A DNA stretch of 64,000 nt, taken from contig OY782041.1 of the NCBI GenBank assembly GCA_963677595.1, forward strand, positions 2,016,001 to 2,080,000. The letters are read 5' to 3'. The notes beneath the pieces are model-generated. The model did not search any database. It was not told the DNA's origin and worked only from the letters and a program-made list of their open reading frames with translations. Below, one piece after another: positions 57,157-64,000 of this stretch. The stretch comes from Spirochaetia bacterium (GTDB lineage: Bacteria; Spirochaetota; Spirochaetia; CAKZLE01). Position 1 is the first letter of the stretch. Every line of letters starts with the position of its first letter. The position numbers and the translations under genes were made by a program.

Positions 57157-58572
57157 ATGAAGAAGTACATCGCAGTTGACTTGGGGGCGTCCAACGGTCG
57201 TGTCATCGTAGGCAACCTTGAGTCATTCGAAGTGACGAACAGGTTCATAACGCGGAACGAGGAGCTAGGCGGTCATGTTTACTGGGACATCGTCTATATC
57301 TTCGCCGAGATCAAGAAAGGGATCAAGGAAGCCTTCAGGCGCTACGGGGATGAGATCGTCTCCATCGGCATCGACACCTGGGGTGTCGACTACGGCCTCC
57401 TTGATGAGGCAGGGGAGCTGATTGGGCTTCCCTACCACTACCGGGACAGCAGGACCGACGGCATGCCCGAGGAGGTCTTCTCCCAGATGCCGAAAGAGGA
57501 TATCTACCGGAACACTGGCATCCAGTTCATGCAGCTCAACACGATCTTCCAGCTTGCTGCCTATAAAAAAGAGCATCCCACGCTCCTGGCTGCGGCTGTA
57601 CAGTACCTCTCGATCCCCGACCTGCTCAACTACTGGCTGACCGGGGTCATGAAGAACGAGTTCTCCCATGCCACGACCACGCAGCTCTATAACCCGGCTG
57701 CACGTGACTGGGCCTGGGACGTCATCGACGCCCTCGGCCTGCCGCGGAAGGTCTTCGGTGAGATCGTACCGAGCGGTACGGTCCTCGGGCCCCTGAGCGG
57801 ACCGGTGGCTCGTGAGCTCGGTGCGCCTGCAGGTGTGCAGGTGATCGCATCCGGCTCCCATGACACGGCAGCGGCAGTCGCGGCTGTTCCCGCGGAAGAG
57901 GGCGAGGAGTACCTCTACCTCTCGAGCGGGACCTGGTCCCTGCTCGGGATGGAGAGCGATGAGCCGATCATCACCGAGAAGAGCCTGGAGTACAACTTCA
58001 CCAATGAGGGGGCTGCCAGCGGCAAGATCCGATTCCTGAAGAACATCATGGGGATGTGGATCCAGCAGGAGTGCATCCGCTGGTGGGAACAGCAGGGTGA
58101 GGAGATCTCCTTCAAGTACCTGGATGCGGAGACCCTGAACGAGGCAGATTTCGCAGGCTATATCGACCCGAACGATGATCGTTTCCTCAAGCCGAACTCG
58201 GCTGACTCGCCGATGCCGCAGCGCATCTGTGACTACTGCACCGAACACGGCATGCCCGCCCCGACGAATCACGGCCAGTACATGACCGCGATCTACCGGG
58301 GACTGGCGAAGGTGTATGCCTTCTACATGAAGCAGATCGAGGAGACTTCAGGCAAGAAGTTCGACCACCTCTATATCATCGGGGGAGGCTCCAAGAACGG
58401 GATCCTCAACCAGTGGACCTCGGACGAGATCGATGCAAAGGTATCGGCCGGACCGGTCGAGGCCACTGCCCTGGGGAACATCCTCGTCCAGGCACTTGCC
58501 TGCGGTGACATCGCAGACCGGGCTGAGGGGCGAAGACTCATCCGTGAGAACCAGGAGATCATCTCCTACTAG
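57157..58572 (+). CDS. rhaB: Rhamnulokinase
   Basis: DLGASNGR, GIDTWGVD, YRDSRT, SHDTA, SSGTWSL, KNIMGMW, GPVEAT. Confidence 0.9.
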   Translation: MKKYIAVDLGASNGRVIVGNLESFEVTNRFITRNEELGGHVYWDIVYIFAEIKKGIKEAFRRYGDEIVSIGIDTWGVDYGLLDEAGELIGLPYHYRDSRTDGMPEEVFSQMPKEDIYRNTGIQFMQLNTIFQLAAYKKEHPTLLAAAVQYLSIPDLLNYWLTGVMKNEFSHATTTQLYNPAARDWAWDVIDALGLPRKVFGEIVPSGTVLGPLSGPVARELGAPAGVQVIASGSHDTAAAVAAVPAEEGEEYLYLSSGTWSLLGMESDEPIITEKSLEYNFTNEGAASGKIRFLKNIMGMWIQQECIRWWEQQGEEISFKYLDAETLNEADFAGYIDPNDDRFLKPNSADSPMPQRICDYCTEHGMPAPTNHGQYMTAIYRGLAKVYAFYMKQIEETSGKKFDHLYIIGGGSKNGILNQWTSDEIDAKVSAGPVEATALGNILVQALACGDIADRAEGRRLIRENQEIISY

Positions 58573-59471
58573 ACGCTGTGAGCCTTCCGGTACTCCCGGG
58601 GGCTCATCTGCATGATCCTCCTGAACTGCCTCGAGAAGTAGTTACTGTCCGAGAACCCCACATACTCTGCGATCATCGTCATCGAATGATTGGTGGTGAT
58701 CAGCAGGGTGCAGGCCTTCCTCACCTTGAGCTGAAGCTGGTACTCGACCGGGGAACAGCCGGCCGCTTTCTGAAAAGCACGGTTGAGCGTGCTGTGGGAC
58801 ATGTGGGTGATCTCGGTGAGTTCCTCGATCCTGATAGTCCGCTCGCTGTTGTTCTCTATGAAGGTGAAAGCGGCAGCGAGCCGGTTGATCACCTGGGAGT
58901 CCGGCAGCGTGTTCTTCGAGTATATCCTTGACAACATGACAATGATCTCAATGAAATAGGCGAGTGACAGCGTCCTCGAAGAGTACTCCTCCTCGCGGAA
59001 GGCCAGCTCCTTCTTGAGCAGCTCGATCCGCTCGACGATCTGGGTGAGCTCCCTGGCTGAGAGCTTCAGGCGGCTGCTGAACTCATGGTCCTGCCGGTAC
59101 TTCGGCTCGATGTTGAAGATGGCATGGTAGCCGGGAATCCTGCTCAGGTCGAAGAGCCGCTGGTCGAGGAAGTCCCGGTCGAAGATGATGTTATAGAGAT
59201 TGAGCTCCTCGGTCCTGCTGTACCCGTGGGAGTAGCCGGCCTCGAGCACGAAGACGTCACCGGGGAGGATCGCATACTCGGCATGTTCGGTGAAATGGAT
59301 CCCGCTGCCCCCGGTCACGATGACCAGCTCATAGAAATCGTGGGTATGGAGCGGGTAGGGCTTCTGAGGTGAGCGCTCGAGCAGGTCCAGGTGGAAGTCC
59401 TCATGTGAGAAGATCATCGAGGACCGGAGGAGCGGTGAGTAGGGGGTCTCCCTGGTTGGCAGCCTGTTCAT
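58569..59471 (-). CDS. AraC family regulator (RhaS/RhaR-like)
   Basis: HTHDFYEL cupin, GFSDSNYFSRQF HTH; divergent from rhaA. Confidence 0.9.
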   Translation of the reverse strand: MNRLPTRETPYSPLLRSSMIFSHEDFHLDLLERSPQKPYPLHTHDFYELVIVTGGSGIHFTEHAEYAILPGDVFVLEAGYSHGYSRTEELNLYNIIFDRDFLDQRLFDLSRIPGYHAIFNIEPKYRQDHEFSSRLKLSARELTQIVERIELLKKELAFREEEYSSRTLSLAYFIEIIVMLSRIYSKNTLPDSQVINRLAAAFTFIENNSERTIRIEELTEITHMSHSTLNRAFQKAAGCSPVEYQLQLKVRKACTLLITTNHSMTMIAEYVGFSDSNYFSRQFRRIMQMSPREYRKAHSV

Positions 59472-59565
59472 GACATAATAGTGCTAAAAAACGATAGGAT
59501 AGTCAAGGCGGATTCCCCCAACCGGTGCTACCATGGGTATAGTTGTAAAAGAATCAGGAGGAATC

Positions 59566-60837
59566 ATGATGACAAGAGAACAGGTAACCGGGGCATATGA
59601 GCTGGCGAAACAGGCCTATGCTGACCTGGGAATAGATACGGAGAAGGCTATCGAGGCCTTGGGGAACATACCGCTGTCACTGCACTGCTGGCAGGGCGAT
59701 GATGTCGGCGGGTTCGAGACCCCGGATGCCGAGCTGGCAGGCGGTGGTATCCAGGTGACGGGGAATTATCCCGGGAAGGCCCGGAGCGTCGGTGAGCTGC
59801 GATCAGATCTTGAGAAGGTCTACTCCATGCTCGCAGGTACACACCGGCTCAACCTCCATGCAAGCTATGGCGAGTTCGATGGTGAGTCTATCGACCGGGA
59901 CCAGATCGAGGAGAAGCACTTCTCAGGCTGGGTAGACTGGGCGAAGAAGCTCGGGATCGGCGTTGATTTCAATGCGACCTGCTTTTCACACCCGAAGGCA
60001 GCTGATGGGTTCACCCTTTCGAGCAAGGACCCGGAGATCAGGGCATTCTGGATCGAGCACGTGAAGCGGGCCAGGAGGATCTCGGCCTACTTCGGGAAGG
60101 AACTCGGCACTCCCTGTGTCCATAACACCTGGATTCCCGACGGGGGCAAGGACCTCACCGTCGACAAGACCGGGTACCGGAAGATCCTGATGGAGTCACT
60201 CGACGAGATCTTCGCAGATGAACTCCCGAAGGAGCACATGCGGGATGCGGTCGAGACCAAGCTCTTCGGTATCGGGAGCGAGTCCTTCGTCGTCGGTTCC
60301 CATGAGTTCTACATGAACTATGCGAACACCAGGGGAAAGATGGTCTGTCTCGACCTTGGACACTTCCACCCCACCGAGCAGATCTCGGACAAGATCTCAT
60401 CGATGATGCTCTTCCATGACGAACTGCTCCTCCACGTGAGCCGCCCGATGCGATGGGACAGCGATCACGTGGTGATTCTCAATGACGACATCCTCTTCCT
60501 GACCCAGGAACTCGTCCGGTCAGGGAAGATCGATAACATCCACATCGGCCTCGACTTCTTCGATGCCTCCATCAACAGGATCGGGGCATGGGTCACCGGT
60601 GCGAGAGCTACCCAGAAGGGCCTGCTCCTCGCGCTGCTCGAGCCGACCGGGACCCTCATCGGTTACGAGGAAGCCGGAAACAACTACGCACGGATGGGGC
60701 TGCTCGAGCAGCTGAAATCCATGCCGTTCGGGGCTGTCTGGGATGAGGCCTGTGCACGTGCAGGGGTCCCCCTGGAGAGTGAGATCATCGGAGAAGTCCT
60801 CGCCTACGAGCAGGATGTCCTGTCAGAGAGGGCATAA
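59566..60837 (+). CDS. rhaA: L-rhamnose isomerase
   Basis: SLHCWQGDDV, TGNYPGKAR, VETKLFGIG.E, DLGHFHPTE, RWDSDH, GLDFFDASINR. Confidence 0.96.
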   Translation: MMTREQVTGAYELAKQAYADLGIDTEKAIEALGNIPLSLHCWQGDDVGGFETPDAELAGGGIQVTGNYPGKARSVGELRSDLEKVYSMLAGTHRLNLHASYGEFDGESIDRDQIEEKHFSGWVDWAKKLGIGVDFNATCFSHPKAADGFTLSSKDPEIRAFWIEHVKRARRISAYFGKELGTPCVHNTWIPDGGKDLTVDKTGYRKILMESLDEIFADELPKEHMRDAVETKLFGIGSESFVVGSHEFYMNYANTRGKMVCLDLGHFHPTEQISDKISSMMLFHDELLLHVSRPMRWDSDHVVILNDDILFLTQELVRSGKIDNIHIGLDFFDASINRIGAWVTGARATQKGLLLALLEPTGTLIGYEEAGNNYARMGLLEQLKSMPFGAVWDEACARAGVPLESEIIGEVLAYEQDVLSERA

Positions 60838-60841
60838 CCCT

Positions 60842-61942
60842 ATGGAAAAAGCACTGGAACGCCTCATTCAGGCATCACAGATGTACGGGAACAATACGGA
60901 CATGGTCCTCGTCGGCGGGGGCAACACCTCCGTCAAGGATGATGAGGTCATGTATGTGAAGGCCTCAGGGCATGCCCTGGGATCCATCGATGCGACCGGT
61001 TTCGTCAAGATGGATATGAAGGCCATGAGGGCTATCTGGCAGAAGACCTACTCCGCTGACACCGAGCAGCGGGAGGAAGAGGTCCTCGCCGACATGATGG
61101 CGGCACGCTGCGAGGGTGAGACTGCCCGGCCGAGTGTCGAGGCCCTGCTGCACAGCCTCCTGAAGGATCCTTTCGTGATCCATATGCACCCGGGCCTGGT
61201 GAACGGGGTGACCTGTTCCCAGACAGGGGAGCAGACGATCAAGCGGCTCTTCGGGGACCGCTCTGTATGGATCCCGCTGGTCAACCCGGGATACATCCTG
61301 GCGAAGGTTGTCAAGGACGCCATCGAGCAGCATGAGGCCGATACCGGGGTCTACCCCGATATGATCTTCCTGCAGAACCATGGTGTGTTCGTCAGCGGTG
61401 AGACCCTGGAGCGGGTCAATGCCGTCTATGAGGAGATCTCCGATCGACTCGGAAAGGAACTCAAACGGACTCCCGACCTTTCAGCAGTCGAGATTTCCCA
61501 GGAGAGGGCAGGAATCATTGCTGAGGCGATGGGAATCGAACCATACAGCCTCAACAACAAGGAACTCATGGGCTTCCTGGCCGATGAGCAGACCTTCTCC
61601 CCGATCAGCTCCTCGTTCACCCCTGATCATATCGTCTACAGCGGGTTCAAGCCCCTGTGGATAGCAGAAGACGTCTTCTCCGCAGAAGATCCTGCGGCAG
61701 CAGTCACAGAGGCGATAGCCGCTTTCACTGAGGAGCACGGGTCCCCCGCGAAGGTTCTGGCAGTCCAGAATACCGGGGTATTCGCAGTCAATAAGAATGC
61801 ACGTGACCTCTTCCTCGATACCGTGAAGGTTGCGGTATTCACCGAGTCTTTCGGCGGGCCGAGGTTCATGGATGATGACCAGATAGATTTCATCAGGAAC
61901 TGGGAAGTTGAGAAGTACCGGGCGAAGATGAGCAGCACCTGA
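60842..61942 (+). CDS. Class II aldolase/adducin family; probable rhamnulose-1-phosphate aldolase (RhaEW N-domain type)
   Basis: GGGNTSVK, KASG, RPSVE..LH, H.HP, LQNHG, FTPDH, WEVEKYR. Confidence 0.85.
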   Translation: MEKALERLIQASQMYGNNTDMVLVGGGNTSVKDDEVMYVKASGHALGSIDATGFVKMDMKAMRAIWQKTYSADTEQREEEVLADMMAARCEGETARPSVEALLHSLLKDPFVIHMHPGLVNGVTCSQTGEQTIKRLFGDRSVWIPLVNPGYILAKVVKDAIEQHEADTGVYPDMIFLQNHGVFVSGETLERVNAVYEEISDRLGKELKRTPDLSAVEISQERAGIIAEAMGIEPYSLNNKELMGFLADEQTFSPISSSFTPDHIVYSGFKPLWIAEDVFSAEDPAAAVTEAIAAFTEEHGSPAKVLAVQNTGVFAVNKNARDLFLDTVKVAVFTESFGGPRFMDDDQIDFIRNWEVEKYRAKMSST

Positions 61943-61980
61943 TACACGATACAGGTTTTACCTCCTTTTACCTGTATCGA

Positions 61981-62004
61981 GCCCCGTGAGAACGGGGCAT
62001 TTTT
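61981..62004 (+). terminator. Intrinsic terminator
   Basis: GCCCCGT-GAGA-ACGGGGC-ATTTTT. Confidence 0.7.
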
Positions 62005-62013
62005 ACGCCCTGG

Positions 62014-62328
62014 TCAGTCTGCGATGACCTCCCGGAGGATCATGAGGCCTTCCATCATCCGGGGGAAGCCGGCAGACGGGGCGATCATGAGGATCGCATG
62101 CTCGATCTCCTCGACGGAACAGCCTGCGGCGATCGCCTTCCTGATATGGGTCTTGAGTGCGAACTGGTACTCACTCGTGCTGGAGATCGCGACCTTGATC
62201 AGCCAGCGGGTCTTCTCGTCGAGCGGTCCCCCCTCGGTATGGATCAGCCGTCCATAGGTCTCATAGGCTTCATAGATCTCCCCATGATGGGCTTTGAGAT
62301 ACTCCAGGTTCTCCTTGATCTCGTTCAT
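62014..62328 (-). CDS. Carboxymuconolactone decarboxylase family protein
   Basis: LDEKTRWLI.VA, H..KA..AG.S.EEI, AGFP. Confidence 0.85.
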   Translation of the reverse strand: MNEIKENLEYLKAHHGEIYEAYETYGRLIHTEGGPLDEKTRWLIKVAISSTSEYQFALKTHIRKAIAAGCSVEEIEHAILMIAPSAGFPRMMEGLMILREVIAD

Positions 62329-62373
62329 CGTCTCCTCCTGTACTTCTATGTGCTCCTGCTAAAAAGGCAGGTA

Positions 62374-63114
62374 TCAGTATCCTGAGGTCACCCCGACCCC
62401 GGCATCGACCCGGAGGTTGACCCCGGTAATGGCGGAAGACATCGTACTTGCAATGAATAGTGCCGCATACGATACCTCATCAGCAGAAACAAGCCTTCCA
62501 AGTGGCGAAGCGGCTATGAAACGGTTGACGCCGTCAGGCCAAGCCTCCTCGATACCCTCCTTGTGGATCACACCGGGGGATATTCCGTTGACCCTGATCC
62601 CGAGCGACCCGAGCTCGAGGGCGGCACTCCTGGTGAACTGCAGCAGGGCCCCCTTCGTCGCATCATACATGGCATGGGATCGTGCCGGGGCGTCCGCCTC
62701 AATCGAGAGGATGTTGATCACCGAGCGGTCCCTGTGGTCAGGGACGGAGCGGGCAAGGAGGGAAGTCAGCTGCATCGGTGCGAAGAGGTTCACCTCAGAG
62801 AAGGTGAGCATATGATCCCGCGTGAGGTCGGTGATGGGCAGGAGATCCTGTATCCCTGCGTTGTTGATGATCACATCAGGACAGGGAATGGAAGCGAAGA
62901 GAGACTCGATCTCCTCCATGCTCTTCAGGTCCGCTTTGAGCAGCTGGTAGGGGTAGTTCAGCTCCTTCGCTGCCCACATGGTCCGCCCCTCGTCCCAGCG
63001 GGTGGAGTGTAAGAACACTGCTGCGCCTGCAGCCGAGAACCTGGTTGCCAGGGACTTCCCCAGCAGCCCGGTACTGCCGGTGATCAGGACGTTCTTCCCA
63101 GTAAGATCGATCAT
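62374..63114 (-). CDS. Short-chain dehydrogenase/reductase
   Basis: TGSTGLLG, NNAG, YDATK, GIRVNGISPG; GGAGG RBS. Confidence 0.9.
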   Translation of the reverse strand: MIDLTGKNVLITGSTGLLGKSLATRFSAAGAAVFLHSTRWDEGRTMWAAKELNYPYQLLKADLKSMEEIESLFASIPCPDVIINNAGIQDLLPITDLTRDHMLTFSEVNLFAPMQLTSLLARSVPDHRDRSVINILSIEADAPARSHAMYDATKGALLQFTRSAALELGSLGIRVNGISPGVIHKEGIEEAWPDGVNRFIAASPLGRLVSADEVSYAALFIASTMSSAITGVNLRVDAGVGVTSGY

Positions 63115-63208
63115 TGATGATTCCTCCAACTCTTATCATACAGGGGGTTGGGACAGCCGGCAAGTCATACCGTTCCATCTCCCCCCGATTCGTGATAGAC
63201 TCAACAGT

Positions 63209-64000
63209 ATGTCACAAGAAGAAAGAATCTGTGAACCAGGTGCCCTGGTTCTCTACAAGAAGAAACCTGCGAAGGTGACGGCAGTCGATGCCAAGATCCA
63301 CCTGCAGCTCGAGAATGCCAAGACCGTACAGGTCCGTGAGAAGGATATAACCGTCCTCCATCCCGGTAAACTGAACTCGCTGGGAGAGCTTGAGACCCTC
63401 CCCGAACCGGAGGAGGATCTCGCGGAAGTCTGCGAGATGCTCGAAGAGACCTCTGACATCGCCGAGTTCGCCGAGCTGGCCTACGGGGAGTATACCCCCG
63501 TGACCGCCTGGGCGGTCTGCGGCCTGCTCGACGACGGCCTCTTCATCACCGGCGAGCCGGGGAGTATCATCGTGGTGGAGCCTGGGCAAAGGGAAGCCAT
63601 CCTGGCTGAACGGAGGGAGAAAGCAGAGAAGCAGGCAGCATGGGAAGCCTTCATCGCGCGTGTGAAGACACGCAAGCTGGAGGAGGGGGACCGTACTAGT
63701 TTCTTTGATGTCGAGAACCTCGCCTACGGGAAGAGCCCGGTAAGCAGGCTGCTCAAGGAGCTGAAGATCTCTGAGGATCCCGAGCATGCACATGAGTTAC
63801 TCCTCAAGATGGGGATCTGGGATGAATACATCGACCCCTTCCCCTCACGAATGGGGGTGAGTACTGATGTCGCCTACCCCGGGATCGGGGAGATGAAGGC
63901 TGAAGAGCGGATCGACCTCACGCACTTGGCAGCCTATGCGATAGATGATGAGGGGTCGAAGGACCCGGATGATGCGGTCAGCATCGACGGGGACCGTCTG
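63209..64000 (+). CDS. RNB-domain (RNase II/R family) ribonuclease, N-terminal part (runs off the window end)
   Basis: Begins MSQEERICEPGALVLYKKKPA and ends RIDLTHLAAYAIDDEGSKDPDDAVSIDG (catalytic D..S.D.DDA) in the same frame; absent from the ORF track, consistent with having no stop in the window. Confidence 0.85.
   Translation, partial: MSQEERICEPGALVLYKKKPAKVTAVDAKIHLQLENAKTVQVREKDITVLHPGKLNSLGELETLPEPEEDLAEVCEMLEETSDIAEFAELAYGEYTPVTAWAVCGLLDDGLFITGEPGSIIVVEPGQREAILAERREKAEKQAAWEAFIARVKTRKLEEGDRTSFFDVENLAYGKSPVSRLLKELKISEDPEHAHELLLKMGIWDEYIDPFPSRMGVSTDVAYPGIGEMKAEERIDLTHLAAYAIDDEGSKDPDDAVSIDGDRL

Noticed and set aside
1-64000. Very frequent GATC
   Set aside because: Explained by the preferred ATC codon after G-ending codons; no local clustering judged by eye

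Overview
Bacterial chromosomal window, probably from an anaerobic fermentative spirochaete of the Sphaerochaeta type. This is inferred from the 'FAxGxxE' solute-binding-protein leaders and the style of the RNB nuclease. It is almost entirely carbohydrate and organic-acid catabolism. (1) 1-29.6 kb: a hydroxy-acid/sugar-acid island with two TRAP systems, one tripartite tricarboxylate transporter, three LarA-superfamily racemase/epimerases, a UxaA dehydratase, six DHDPS/NAL-family lyase genes, two D-2-hydroxyacid dehydrogenases, an M20 hydrolase, an Etf-linked FAD dehydrogenase operon and three FadR-type regulators. It contains a ~988-bp near-identical direct repeat and a recurring GTCTG-N4-CAGAC operator. 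That operator also overlaps the promoter of an uncalled 55-aa ORF. (2) 30-47 kb: TSUP transporter, YtrA-type ABC operon, a LacI/RhaM/URO-D-like/sugar-ABC operon, two flavodoxins around an ACR3-like carrier, and an amino-acid-sensing two-component system with a symporter and racemase. (3) 47-62 kb: a DeoR operon joining a complete ThDP/lipoyl dehydrogenase complex (fused E1) to PHP, SDR, SorE-like and RhaB genes, followed by rhamnose genes. The window ends in a partial RNase II-family gene. I found no rRNA, tRNA, CRISPR array or transposase. All products were called by eye from motifs, with no database searches.
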